A DNA stretch of 64,000 nucleotides, from sequence record PQ805430.1; one strand, 5' to 3'. The notes under the pieces were generated by a model. The model had not been told where the DNA came from. It did not search any database and saw only the letters and a program-made list of their open reading frames with translations. Made by a program: the position numbers and the translations under genes. The stretch is from Escherichia phage EK8. Shown in pieces: positions 42,987 through 54,200 of the stretch. The stretch's first letter is position 1. Every line of letters begins with the position of its first letter.

Positions 42987-44171
42987 ATGAGTGGAAACGC
43001 CGAGCAACTAGGTCAGGACGTTGACGTATTCGCAATGTCGGATGACGAATTAAGCCGGTTGGATATCTCTCAATACCTGGGTGGTGCAGAACCGTCCCCG
43101 AAAGAAGATCCCCAACCTGAACAAACTACCGTTACCGAACCGGAACCGGAAACTCCGAACCCGGATGATAACGGTGAAGTTGTAGAGACAGGTGAGGGCG
43201 ACCCAAAACCGGGTGACGATGCTGAAGCACCTAAACCGGGTGAAGGCGAAGATGAGCCGAAGCCGGAGGCGGAGCCGGAAGGCAAGGCGAAATCTGAGCC
43301 GGATGCTGATCCTAAAAAGCCTGATCCTTCATCTCAGAATGTACCGGATTACAAAGCGTTTTATGAGCAACTCACCAAACCCTTTAAAGCCAATGGGCGT
43401 GACCTGACTCTCTCCAGCCCGGAAGAGATGATTACGCTTATGCAGATGGGCGCGAACTACAACGCGAAGATGGCTGCTCTGAAACCCAACCGTCGCTTTA
43501 TGAAGATGCTTGAGCAGAACGAACTGCTGGACGAAGGTAAGCTCGGTTTCCTTATCGACCTGAGCAAGCGTGATCCTAAAGCAATCGCCAAGCTGGTGAA
43601 GGACAGCGGATTTAATTTCGACGAGTATGATCCTGATGCCGAAGTGGACTATCAGTCCAAGCACACTGCACCTCCGGTTGAACAGATCGACCTCGAAGAT
43701 GTTGTTACTGAACTCGGCCAGCAACCTGGTTTCGCAGATATGCTGAACGTGGTTACTACTGGCTGGGATGCTGCAAGCCAGGAAATCGTTGGTAAGAACC
43801 CGCAGATTCTGCGTGTCCTCCAGCAACAAAAAGCCCTGGGCCACTTTGACCTGATCCAGGCAGAAGTAGATCGCTCCGCATTGTTAGGTAAAGCCAATGG
43901 CATGACCACGCTTCAACTGTACTCTGCTGCTGAGCAAAAACTGATGCAGGAAGGTAAGCTGGGTGTTGCACCGCAACCTCAACCTACCCCTGCTCAGCAA
44001 GCTGCACCGGTAGTAACTGCTCCGGCTAAGAAGGACAATACTGCTGCTAAAAAAGCTGCTGCTGCACCGAAGCAAACCGTACAGGGCAAAACCTCTGCAC
44101 CGGTAAGTGATAATTTATTTTCACTTTCTGATGAAGAGTTTGCTAAGATTGACCCAACTAAATTTAAGTAA
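42987..44171 (+). CDS. scaffolding-like protein
   Basis: 394 aa; acidic Pro/Glu-rich low-complexity N-terminus, helical remainder; immediately upstream of major capsid gene. Confidence 0.45.
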   Translation: MSGNAEQLGQDVDVFAMSDDELSRLDISQYLGGAEPSPKEDPQPEQTTVTEPEPETPNPDDNGEVVETGEGDPKPGDDAEAPKPGEGEDEPKPEAEPEGKAKSEPDADPKKPDPSSQNVPDYKAFYEQLTKPFKANGRDLTLSSPEEMITLMQMGANYNAKMAALKPNRRFMKMLEQNELLDEGKLGFLIDLSKRDPKAIAKLVKDSGFNFDEYDPDAEVDYQSKHTAPPVEQIDLEDVVTELGQQPGFADMLNVVTTGWDAASQEIVGKNPQILRVLQQQKALGHFDLIQAEVDRSALLGKANGMTTLQLYSAAEQKLMQEGKLGVAPQPQPTPAQQAAPVVTAPAKKDNTAAKKAAAAPKQTVQGKTSAPVSDNLFSLSDEEFAKIDPTKFK

Positions 44172-44185
44172 GAGGCTGACTATTT

Positions 44186-45358
44186 ATGGTTATGCAATAT
44201 AAAGACCCCGCTAATGGGCGTGAGTCCAGTGTTGGCCCGCAGATTATCACTGCGTACTACCAGCGCCAGGCTTTGACCGAACTGCGTAAAGAGCAGTTCT
44301 TCACCCAGTTGGCTAACGCTCAATCTATTCCGTCGAACTACGGTAAGAAAATTAAGCGTTTCCACTACATGCCGATCCTCGACGAACGCAATATTAACGA
44401 CGAAGGTATCGACGCAACCGGTGCGAAAATCGTTAACGGTAACCTGTACGGCTCCAGCAAAGATATCGGCTCTGTGCCGAACAAGCTGCCGGTACTGGGC
44501 GAAAACGGTGGTCGTGTTAACCGCGTTGGTGTTACCCGTCTGGAACTGGAAGGCACCTTTGAGAAGTTCGGCTTCTTCACTGAGTACACCCGTGACTCTC
44601 TGAACTTCGACACTGATGCTGACCTGTTGATGCACATCAACCGCGAACTGCTGACTGCCGCGAACCAGATCACCGAAGATGCCCTGGGCATCGACCTGAT
44701 CAACAACGCCGGTACAATCCGTTATGCGGGCGAAGCAACCCAGCGTAGTGAAATCGGCCAGGGTGACGTGGTTACCTACGTTGACCTGATGCGTCTGTCT
44801 ATCGACCTCGATAACAACCGCACTCCGAAACACACCACGATCCTGACTGGTACTCGTAACATCGATACCAAAGTCGTTCCGGCTGCACGTTATGCGTACA
44901 TCGGTTCCGAACTGATCCCAACCCTTCGCGCGATGACTGACCTGCATGGTAATCCGGCGTTTATTTCTGCCGAGCATTACGCTGCTGGTACTACCCTGGC
45001 GACCGGTGAAGTTGGCCAGATCGACCAGTTCCGTTTCATCGTTAACCCGAACATGTTCAAGTGGGAAGGTGCCGGTGCGACTCTGGAATCTGGCGATGAC
45101 GCTGTGTACTACAACAACGGCGAGAACTATGACGTGTTCCCGATTCTGGTTGTTGGTGACGAGTCCTTTGCGACCATCACTTTCCAGACTTCCGGTAACT
45201 CCGTTAAGTTTGAAATCAACCACAAGAAACCGGGCGAAAACCTCGACCGTCTTGACCCGTATGGCGAAACTGGCTTCATCTCTATTCGCTGGTTCTACGG
45301 CTTCATGGCACTGCGTCCTGAGCGTATCGCACTGGTTCAAACTGCTGCCAAGATGTAA
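44186..45358 (+). CDS. major capsid protein
   Basis: 390 aa; AAGAGG RBS; high-expression-type codon usage; followed by strongest terminator in window. Confidence 0.65.
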   Translation: MVMQYKDPANGRESSVGPQIITAYYQRQALTELRKEQFFTQLANAQSIPSNYGKKIKRFHYMPILDERNINDEGIDATGAKIVNGNLYGSSKDIGSVPNKLPVLGENGGRVNRVGVTRLELEGTFEKFGFFTEYTRDSLNFDTDADLLMHINRELLTAANQITEDALGIDLINNAGTIRYAGEATQRSEIGQGDVVTYVDLMRLSIDLDNNRTPKHTTILTGTRNIDTKVVPAARYAYIGSELIPTLRAMTDLHGNPAFISAEHYAAGTTLATGEVGQIDQFRFIVNPNMFKWEGAGATLESGDDAVYYNNGENYDVFPILVVGDESFATITFQTSGNSVKFEINHKKPGENLDRLDPYGETGFISIRWFYGFMALRPERIALVQTAAKM

Positions 45359-45391
45359 TTCTGGCTTCGGCTTGTGAGATGAGCTAAAGTA

Positions 45392-45422
45392 AGACCGGGG
45401 ATAATACCCCGGTCTTTTTTTA
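45392..45422 (+). terminator. rho-independent terminator after major capsid gene
   Basis: 9-bp stem AGACCGGGG/CCCCGGTCT, loop ATAATA, then TTTTTTT. Confidence 0.8.
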
Positions 45423-45446
45423 TTTAATCAATGAGGTATTTACTTT

Positions 45447-46022
45447 ATGTCACAGTTTGATGAAACCACCGACCAGGGCGAGATCCCGGAACAAGATGAA
45501 CGTGCAGCCCTTGAAGCCCGTGCTAAAGTGCTGAACATTTCCTATCACACCAATATTTCTACCGAGAAGCTGCGTGAACGTGTTAACGCTGCAATCTCCG
45601 GTACTCGTGAACAAGACTCCGAACGTCCGGCAAAAGATGAGTCTGACGTTGCACGTCGTAGCCGACTGAAAAAGAAAGCCAGTCGCCTGATTCGTGTACG
45701 TATCCACTGTAATGACCCGGCTAAAAAAGACTGGCCCGGTGAGTATATTACCGTGGGCAATAACGCGGTTGGTACGTATCGTAAGTACGTTCCGTACAAC
45801 CAGGACGAACCTTTCCACCTGCCGGAAATCATCGTCAATGCTCTGCGTGAAAAGCGCGTTCAGGTGTTTGCCACCAAGAAAAGCAAGAACGGTATTCCGG
45901 TACGTGAATCCAAATCCATCGCTGCTTACGCTATCGAAGTCGTTCAGCCTCTGACCGAAGAAGAACTGACTCAGTTGGCGAACTCCCAGATGGCCCGTAA
46001 CGCTTTAAGCGATAACGTTTAA
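45447..46022 (+). CDS. virion protein (hypothetical)
   Basis: 191-aa ORF in capsid-to-vRNAP block. Confidence 0.5.
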   Translation: MSQFDETTDQGEIPEQDERAALEARAKVLNISYHTNISTEKLRERVNAAISGTREQDSERPAKDESDVARRSRLKKKASRLIRVRIHCNDPAKKDWPGEYITVGNNAVGTYRKYVPYNQDEPFHLPEIIVNALREKRVQVFATKKSKNGIPVRESKSIAAYAIEVVQPLTEEELTQLANSQMARNALSDNV

Positions 46023-46033
46023 GGTAATCGACA

Positions 46034-46801
46034 ATGGCAGAGATTATTACCCCACCAGACGTAACTAGTGATCCGCTAAACATCACGGATCTGACGTTAA
46101 AGACACTGGATGGTACTGGTGTTCTGGATCAGATGCTGGCTACGATGCGTGTGCATTTAGGTGAGCAGTTTGAAAAGGAACGAATCCAGGGTACTGAGTA
46201 TGCTGAGGTTTACCTCGGTGCATTCCAGTCAACGTTGGCTGCTGCCATTCAGTTCCTTCTGGCACGTCGTAAGTTGGGACTTGACCTTAAGCTACAGGAA
46301 GCACAAATCAGTCTGACCACTGCTCAGGAAGAACAGATTCGGGCTGAGATGCAGAAGATCCCTTATGAGATCCAGGCGCTCCAGAAACAACTTGAACTGG
46401 CTGATAAGCAGATTGCCCAGGCTGATAAGCAACTGGAACTGACCGAAGCTCAGATTCAGGTTCAACTGAAACAGCTCGACCTGATGGCTGAACAGCTCGA
46501 ACAGGCTAAAGCCCAGACTGCCTACTATGAGCAACGCACCATTACGGAGAAAGCTCAGACCTCGGCTGGTGTGGCTGCAACTGGTTCTGTTATTGGTACT
46601 CAGGTTGCACTGATGAATAAACAGGCTGATGGTTACGACCGTAACGCTGAACAGCAAGCTGCTCAGATTATCACTAACACCTGGAACGTTCGTCGTCAGA
46701 CTGATGAAGATACGTCTGCCAACACCACCAACAAACTGGATGATGCCTCTGTCGGGGCGGTTATTTCTAAACTGGCCGCAGGTATAAACGTGGTTCTGTA
46801 A
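46034..46801 (+). CDS. virion protein with coiled-coil (hypothetical)
   Basis: 255 aa; heptad-like Q/L/E repeats. Confidence 0.5.
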   Translation: MAEIITPPDVTSDPLNITDLTLKTLDGTGVLDQMLATMRVHLGEQFEKERIQGTEYAEVYLGAFQSTLAAAIQFLLARRKLGLDLKLQEAQISLTTAQEEQIRAEMQKIPYEIQALQKQLELADKQIAQADKQLELTEAQIQVQLKQLDLMAEQLEQAKAQTAYYEQRTITEKAQTSAGVAATGSVIGTQVALMNKQADGYDRNAEQQAAQIITNTWNVRRQTDEDTSANTTNKLDDASVGAVISKLAAGINVVL

Positions 46802-46827
46802 TCACTCTGGTTTAAAGGTATACTCAA

Positions 46828-46848
46828 GGGAGCTTCGGCTCCCTTTTC
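46828..46848 (+). terminator. rho-independent terminator
   Basis: GGGAGC-TTCG-GCTCCC followed by TTTTC. Confidence 0.6.
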
Positions 46849-46863
46849 ATTGTGAGGTTCCCG

Positions 46864-49638
46864 ATGGGATTATTCGGCAGTAAGAAAAAGACCTACCGTG
46901 ACCTGTCGTATTCCCGGCTTATCGAAGATGACTATCTGCCGGATGTTATCGGCCAGGCCATTACCACCTATGTACTTGACGAAGACAACACGTCCAGCCT
47001 TGCTGACCTGATGATTGAGTATGGGTGGAAAAGTAACGCAGTTAAATGGAATGCTGCTTATCGCTGGGCAAGTAAACCAGGTAAGTATGCTTATGGCGTG
47101 CCATCGGCATCCATCGTAAACCAGACGGATTTTACCGGGGCTGCATCCCTCAATGAGGTATTGGAGTCACTGACCGGGCAGACCAATCTGAATTACATCT
47201 ACAGCAAATTCGGCTCCATCAACATGCGTCATGCCATGTGGCAGTTGCTGATTAGCCAGTATTCCTATAACCCAACTACCAACCAGCTTAACGGGCTGAA
47301 TGCTTCGTTGGGGGCTACGGCATATCTGTACTCAGCCAAATCATTCTTCAATGCACAAGTCTGGTTACTGGCAGATCCGTTTACTCTGGAACACTGGGGC
47401 TTCTCCCCGGAATCCGGTGCAACGCAGAACCGTGCTCAGAACCTGGCCGCTGCTGATGTGCCCGATGGTACTGCCATTGGCCAAGAGAACTATACCCGTG
47501 TGGAATACACCTTCCGCTTCACTGGTTTGACCAAGACTGACGTTGTGACGACCACGGAAGTAGAGACTACCGTTCGTACACCGAATGAATCTGGTGGCTA
47601 CGACAATGAGACTACGACCACCAGCAGTGATTCTACAACCTCGACGACGGATAATAACGGGCAGACTCTGCCTCCAGCATCCAACATCATAAGCCAGGAT
47701 AAGACAGTAACGGATACCACTACCAATACTGAAACTGACGATCCTACCACCACCACGACTACTGACCCGGATACCGGCGTCATTACCATTGTGAAGACTA
47801 CCGTTAGCCGTAAGACTACGGTTACGACTTCCAGCAATGATGTGGTGGCATTTTTCAATATGGGCTTCGGCCAGTACGATTATTCTTCTGATCTGTTCGT
47901 CGATACCACAACGGTACTGGACGACAACGATATGAATAACTATGACCCGAATGCTGTACTGGATCCGTCCGGGGAAAGTGTGGGTGGGGATGATGACTAT
48001 TTCCAGGTGCTGTATACCTATGCCGTGGGTGATACTACACACATCGGTTATTTCACCTATCAGTATGGTTCCGGTAACTATCCAGACCTGGATGGCATCT
48101 CTGATACTACAGTAACGGATTTTGGTAAGTCATACCCTCGAATGTATTTCCGACTGAATGGCAACAAGTTATCCGATTCACGTTATGTGGATACGGCTGC
48201 TTATAAGACCTCCATCAAGTTCGGCAAGAAACTTGATATGGACTGGCTTGAGATCTTGGGCAAGATTTATGACAGTCTCAGTTCTTTGAAAAAAATTCGT
48301 GACGTACTGATGATCCAGTGTGTTCCGGCCAATACCAGTAACAAACTGGAGCAGGAATATCTGTTCCGTTATTTCAAAACGCTATATGGCATCCGACCTG
48401 TTATAACCGATTCGAATATCGGTACAACGACCGTAATGGGTGACGGTGGGGGTAGTTCTACCCGTCCAACCACTGATTACGATACGTATGCTGCTCATGC
48501 CGGTACGACTATGAAGTCCACTGATGGGACGATTAACGTCTACAACTCAATGGATGCTATCGGCTGGCGAAGCATTACAGGAACGATTGGCCCGGTCGGT
48601 TCAGTGGCCTCCGGGCGGGGTACTGGTACTAAGCTCGTAATTTACAAGCGTACTACCAGTGACGACCGAGGTAAGACCTCAACCCAGACGACATATGGCA
48701 CGGCAAACACCAGCTACCACTACTACCGTATGCAGGTTTCTGCCACGGTATACGAGGAAGTCCGGGTGTATGAGTTAAGTCATAAAGTCGATGTAGGTGG
48801 TAAAGGGGTAGGGCGATCCGGTGACAGTGATGAACTGATGGTTCCACTGGATTACGCCTTCCGTAAAGAGTTCTCCCCACATGAGCGTGAAACCCTCTAT
48901 GCACGGGCAACCCACATTCTGATCTGTACGGAATACACGGTTAAAACCAAATGGTATCAATCGGGTATTTTCAAAGCAGTAGTTGTGGTGATTGCTGTTG
49001 TGCTGTCCTGGTGGACAGGAGGTGCGTCTCTTACGCTCATCGGTGCGGTTACTGCTGCTGCTACAGCGATAGGGGCTATGATAGTTATGTCCCTGCTCAG
49101 CAAATATGTGTTCAGTAAGCTGGGTGGGGTATTTGCTATTATCGCTACCGTGGTAGCTATAGCTGTTGCTATATACACTGGTTATCTATATCTGACTAGC
49201 ACAACAGGGCCGTTCAGTGTTACAGCCACTCAAATGATGCAGGTAAGTAATGTTGCATTCCAAGCGGCTCAGTCTGCTCAGCAAGGTGCTATCGCCAAAG
49301 AAATGCAGAAAATTGCTACGCTGGAAGAAGAGATCGCCGATAAGCAAGAAGCGTTGAAAGTAGCCCAGAAGGAACTAACTAATCCTTACAATACCATCGA
49401 AGATGGTGTGTTTCTTAAAGCGCTTCAAGGTTACGCTTACCTGGGAGAGAAACCGCAGGAATACTATGCTCGTACCCTAAATACTAACATTGGTGCTGAA
49501 ACAAATAACCTGGTTGAAATGTATTACAGCCAATCTATCCAGCTTCCTTCGGATGTGGCTATTAACCAGCTTATACTGCAAAATATACAAAGACCGTTCG
49601 AACTCTTCAATGAGTTAAGCAATCTTATTAACCAATAG
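46864..49638 (+). CDS. large virion protein, Thr-rich with C-terminal TM helices (possible ejection protein)
   Basis: 924 aa from ATG 46864 (track start 46852 is GTG); long Thr/Ser-rich tract; hydrophobic VVVIAVVLSWW / LTLIGAVTAAATAIGAMIVM / VFAIIATVVAIAVAIY near C-terminus. Confidence 0.55.
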   Translation: MGLFGSKKKTYRDLSYSRLIEDDYLPDVIGQAITTYVLDEDNTSSLADLMIEYGWKSNAVKWNAAYRWASKPGKYAYGVPSASIVNQTDFTGAASLNEVLESLTGQTNLNYIYSKFGSINMRHAMWQLLISQYSYNPTTNQLNGLNASLGATAYLYSAKSFFNAQVWLLADPFTLEHWGFSPESGATQNRAQNLAAADVPDGTAIGQENYTRVEYTFRFTGLTKTDVVTTTEVETTVRTPNESGGYDNETTTTSSDSTTSTTDNNGQTLPPASNIISQDKTVTDTTTNTETDDPTTTTTTDPDTGVITIVKTTVSRKTTVTTSSNDVVAFFNMGFGQYDYSSDLFVDTTTVLDDNDMNNYDPNAVLDPSGESVGGDDDYFQVLYTYAVGDTTHIGYFTYQYGSGNYPDLDGISDTTVTDFGKSYPRMYFRLNGNKLSDSRYVDTAAYKTSIKFGKKLDMDWLEILGKIYDSLSSLKKIRDVLMIQCVPANTSNKLEQEYLFRYFKTLYGIRPVITDSNIGTTTVMGDGGGSSTRPTTDYDTYAAHAGTTMKSTDGTINVYNSMDAIGWRSITGTIGPVGSVASGRGTGTKLVIYKRTTSDDRGKTSTQTTYGTANTSYHYYRMQVSATVYEEVRVYELSHKVDVGGKGVGRSGDSDELMVPLDYAFRKEFSPHERETLYARATHILICTEYTVKTKWYQSGIFKAVVVVIAVVLSWWTGGASLTLIGAVTAAATAIGAMIVMSLLSKYVFSKLGGVFAIIATVVAIAVAIYTGYLYLTSTTGPFSVTATQMMQVSNVAFQAAQSAQQGAIAKEMQKIATLEEEIADKQEALKVAQKELTNPYNTIEDGVFLKALQGYAYLGEKPQEYYARTLNTNIGAETNNLVEMYYSQSIQLPSDVAINQLILQNIQRPFELFNELSNLINQ

Positions 49639-49646
49639 GAGGATTC

Positions 49647-50060
49647 ATGGGTGAATTAACTTCTCTCATCCAGAACCTGTTTGGTGGGGGTACTCAGGCA
49701 GACACGGTGCCTATTACTCCTAATATGGCAGGGGCAAGTATCAGCTCTAATGCCTCACCGAATGCGTTCAATACCCCGACTATTACTGACACCCTCAGTA
49801 ATGGTATGTCTGGTTTGCAGATCGGCCAGCTTGGACTGGGTGCTGCTAATGGCCTGCTCAATGGTTATCTTGGTTTCCAGAACCTCAGACTTGCTAAAAG
49901 CCAGGCACGTCAAGCTCAACAGAACTGGGATAAACAGTGGTCTGCCAATGTGAAGAACACTAATGCTGCGCTGTCTGACCGACAGGCTGCTCGTGTCGCT
50001 TCTAACCCTAATGCGTATGAGTCCGTGGACTCCTACATGAAAAAATACGGGATCAGCTAA
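49647..50060 (+). CDS. virion protein (hypothetical)
   Basis: 137 aa, Gly/Asn/Leu-rich. Confidence 0.5.
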   Translation: MGELTSLIQNLFGGGTQADTVPITPNMAGASISSNASPNAFNTPTITDTLSNGMSGLQIGQLGLGAANGLLNGYLGFQNLRLAKSQARQAQQNWDKQWSANVKNTNAALSDRQAARVASNPNAYESVDSYMKKYGIS

Positions 50061-51223
50061 TGGCAACTATTCGGACACAACAACTGGCTCCGGTAAACTT
50101 CGGTGATTCCAATCAACTCCTGCGGGTTGCACAACAGCTCATTCAGCAGGGTGCTGGTGGCCTCGTCGATACCTTCGGACAGTTACGTCAGAATGTTGTG
50201 GATCGAAACACTGCTAATGCGGTTAACCTGCTTACTGGTGCTCAGTCAACCGATGAGTTGGCTCAGCGTCAGGGGCAGGTTGCCCAGATTCTCCAGGCTG
50301 CAAATGGGGATATCAACAACGAAGCAGTGCAACGAGCGCAACTGACCATGCCGGATACACTGTTAGGCCGTCAGCTTAACACCAACCGGATTACGGAGTT
50401 CAACCAACAACAACATGACCAGCCTCTGTTAAACCAGGCTATGGCTCTGTACGCTGCTGGCGATAAAGCCGGTGCTCAGCAAATTCTGTCTGGTGTTCAG
50501 GGTGATGCTTCCAAAGCATTGACCTTTGGTGCCAGCCGGGAAGACGCTGCTGCTCAGCGTAGTCTGCAAGAACGTCAGCTTGGTATTCAGGCTGCTGGTT
50601 TGGCATTACGTCGTCAGGCCGCTGCACAACGTGCTGCTGCTGCGGGGAATAGCAGTAAACAGTTACAGGGGATGCTTAATAAGATCCTCGGTATCACTGG
50701 TGATGCGAATATCGCTTCTACCGAAGCTGCGGTCAAAGAAGAGAACGCTCGTTTGAAGGATGCGGAGAGTAACAACCCTCTGCTGAATCCGAACAACGAC
50801 TCTACTGCGGCTGCTGCTAAGATCACCAATGACAACCGGTCTGTATTGACCAGTTTGCTTCCTAACTCCTGGCGTAGTGACCGGGGCGGTCGTCTTTTAG
50901 GACTCATTGATCAACTGGATCCTGATAAGAAGCTCACCGAAAAAGAACGCACCAACATGCTTAAGGGCATGAACGATGTGTTTGAGAACGCGAACCTTAA
51001 CGAAGATCCAGATAAAGCTGCTTTAGACTGGGGTAAAAAAGCTCTGGATAACTTAGGTAAAGTTCGTACCCAGCGATTGCAAAATACTCAATCTCAGATT
51101 GATCAGAAGAAGGCTACCCGACTCGCTCAAATGCAGGTATTATTACAAAGCATGTTAGCGAACGGTAATGGTCAACTCGACCCAATGGCCCTTCAACTGC
51201 TCAATCAAGATTATGAGGAATAG
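50060..51223 (+). CDS. virion protein (hypothetical), Gln/Ala-rich
   Basis: 387 aa; immediately upstream of vRNAP gene. Confidence 0.5.
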   Translation: MATIRTQQLAPVNFGDSNQLLRVAQQLIQQGAGGLVDTFGQLRQNVVDRNTANAVNLLTGAQSTDELAQRQGQVAQILQAANGDINNEAVQRAQLTMPDTLLGRQLNTNRITEFNQQQHDQPLLNQAMALYAAGDKAGAQQILSGVQGDASKALTFGASREDAAAQRSLQERQLGIQAAGLALRRQAAAQRAAAAGNSSKQLQGMLNKILGITGDANIASTEAAVKEENARLKDAESNNPLLNPNNDSTAAAAKITNDNRSVLTSLLPNSWRSDRGGRLLGLIDQLDPDKKLTEKERTNMLKGMNDVFENANLNEDPDKAALDWGKKALDNLGKVRTQRLQNTQSQIDQKKATRLAQMQVLLQSMLANGNGQLDPMALQLLNQDYEE

Positions 51224-51225
51224 CA

Positions 51226-54200
51226 ATGGCAGACTCTCTGTTGTCCCAGGCTCTTAATGCTTTAAGCAACGGCGAGTTCACCAATCCTACCGAAGCTGTT
51301 TCCGTTCCGCAGGCTGCTCCCCAGCAGCCTGTCTCCAAAGATTCTCAAGTCCTTGACGCCACCCAACGTATTAATACTGGCTTTGCTGCTAAGGGCATCT
51401 ATCCGTCTATCTCTGGTGAAATCGAACGTTTAAATCAGCAAAAAGCAGGACGTGAACAAGTCGTTCAAGCATACGAAGAAGATATGCAACGTCTGGTTCC
51501 AACCAACGCTTTAGAGTCTGGTTCCCCGGTAATTCGCACCGGTGCCCAGATTACCAACGCAATGGCTGGTTTCGGCAGTTCAATTGCACGTATCGCTCTC
51601 CAGGTGAAAAACCTTAACAATCTCGGTGCTGTAGCTGCCGGGATGGACGGTGCCACCGATGAAGAAAAACTCGCCTTTAACCGTGAAGCCACTCAACGTG
51701 GTGCTGAGGCTGCTGCACTGGTAGGCAATAATGCCCGTCGTGTTCAGGATATCCTCGGCGGTGTTCCGGGTGCGTCTGCTAAGGCGATTGCCGAAGCATC
51801 TGAAATCCCGAATCAGCTTAAGGCTTACCCTTCTGATACCAACCTGCTTGACCGTGAGATTCCTCGTGGTGCAGCAAAAATTCCTTCTGCAACTCAGGAC
51901 GATTCTCTTCTGGGTTCGGTAGGTCAATACTTCAATAACCTGAATGATCGACTTGTCGGATCGGTAAATGGCATGACTGGTGAAGACCAGACCGGCCAGA
52001 CTGAATCTGTACGTGACCGACTGCAACGTGCTCAGACTGCCCTTACCCAAACTCAGAAATCCCTGGGTAACACTGCACAAGGCGTCGATAACGAATGGGG
52101 AACGGACTCCTGGGTTAACCGTGAACAAACTCAACGTATGGCTCAGCAACTGGAAGAAGAGAATAAAGATCTCTCCATCCCTGGTGCTATTGCTAACACT
52201 GTTGGGGAATATCTGGCTAACCCTTCACTGGTTATCCAATCTGCCGCAGAGTCCTTACCTTACGCACTTGGTCGTGTCGGTATCATTGCCGGTACTACCG
52301 GTCAGGCGGTACAAAACCAGACTGATGGTTACCGTGGTCAGGCAGATGGACAGCTTCCTACTGATGAGCAAATCAGTGATGTAACCCGACTCAATGCGTT
52401 GCATTCTGGTTTGAACTTTGTGGAGAACGTAGTCAATGCACGCGCTCTTACCGGTCTTAGCAATGCTGCTATCACTGCTCCACTTCGCCGTGGTGGTGAA
52501 GCACTGGCTGATACTGCCCTCGGACGAGCGATTACCAACGCTGTCGCTCGGAATGGCGTATCTCGTGCTGCTCTGGCAGCAGGGCGAGCAATTACTCCCG
52601 AACCTGTTAGGGAACTTGGCCTGACTATGGCCATTAACGGTCTGACCGAAGCTGCACAAAATCAGATCGAAACTCGCAACCTGCTCGGTGATGATCGCTG
52701 GGATACCGAAGGCAACATCAATGCTGGTGTGCTTGGTGCCCTGTCTGCTGGTGTAATGACTGGCCCATCTACTCTGGCGGCTGGTGCCGGTGCCGTAGGT
52801 GAGCGTATTGCCCGTGCTGCTCAGGAACGTCGTGACGCTGCTAACCCACAAGCTGCCGAAGCTCGTCGTGCTGCACAAGACGCTGCTAAGCCGTTTGAAG
52901 ATCTGACCAACCCGGAACATGCGGATTACAACCCGCAGGCTGCTATTCGCCAACAGACCAACGTGTTTGCTGATGAATCAACTACTCCTGAAGTACGTCA
53001 GGCTGCTATCGACCGTGCTCAGTCCGTCCGTGATTCTGCCGAACAGAACCTGGCTTCGGTTACTGATGAAGTACGCCAAATCCAGAAAGATATGGCTACC
53101 CGTCAGGAAATCGAACGTCGTCTGGAAGATATCCAGACCAACCCGGATTCTGAGTACAAAGGTAGCGAAGCTCAACTGACCACTATCCGTGACCAGATTG
53201 ATGAGCGTATGCCGGATGAAGCTGCTCAACAGGATCTGGTTTCCCGCTTCCAGGCTGCAAACGAAAACGTTGAACGTGTGCGTAGTGCCTACGATCAGTT
53301 TGAGAATGCTGCTGGTCTGCGTGAACGTCAGGCTCCAGAAGAAGCTCAGGCTCAGATGGATACTGCTACCAATCCTGATGCAACTCAGGAACAGGTTGAT
53401 ACGGCTGCTGACCATGTGGTTACGCACCCTATGCAGTACACCCCGGAACAACTCCGTACTCTGGCCGATGATACGACCAACCGTTTCAGCGACACTCAGC
53501 GTGAAGCGATTCGTAAACTGGCTGATGCCCGTGTTGCCCAGAACAACCTGAAAGATGATCTGCGTGTAAACCAGGATATTATGCAGGGTGGTAAGGGCTA
53601 CCGTTCCCTGGGTGAATACACCTCTGCTTATGCTGCTGCTATCCGTTCCGGTGATAAGACTATGGCTACCAACCTGCGTGAGCAGTTAGGTCGCTTCCAG
53701 GCTTCTCATGAACAGAAAGCTGCCGTTGCTCAGCAAATGATGGACTCTGGTAACTACGGCCAGCTTATCCGTCAGAACAGTCAGTGGGTGGCTAACGAAG
53801 GTAAGAAACTTCGTGGTAAAGATAAGACCCGTAACGGTGCTCTGGATATTCATTCTGGCTCCGGTCGTCTGGTTGCTCGTCTTCAAGAAGAAGCCGAAGC
53901 AATCCGTGCAACTTCCGCTGCCCTGGATGCAATGTCTCAGGCTCGTCCGGCTGCTCCCGCTACCGCTCCGCAGCCGTCCTCCCCTGCACCAGCGAACGAC
54001 GCAACCACAACGGTGGAGGCGAAGCCGGAACCGGCAGTGGTGGAGTCGGAAGCGACTGTTACCAAATCATCCCTCTCTCACTATGCCAATGACGGCGTAC
54101 TGACTCAGGATGCTGATGGTGATATGGCTCTGCGTCTGGATCAGTTCTCTCCGGCTGAACAACAGTTCCTGCGTGACAACAATATGGTTGATGCTCAGAA

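Noticed and set aside
44180-45340. 386-aa antisense ORF covering the major capsid gene
   Set aside because: Runs exactly opposite a gene with strong RBS, terminator and biased codon usage; its product is low-complexity and Val/Arg/Thr-rich; typical stop-free antisense frame
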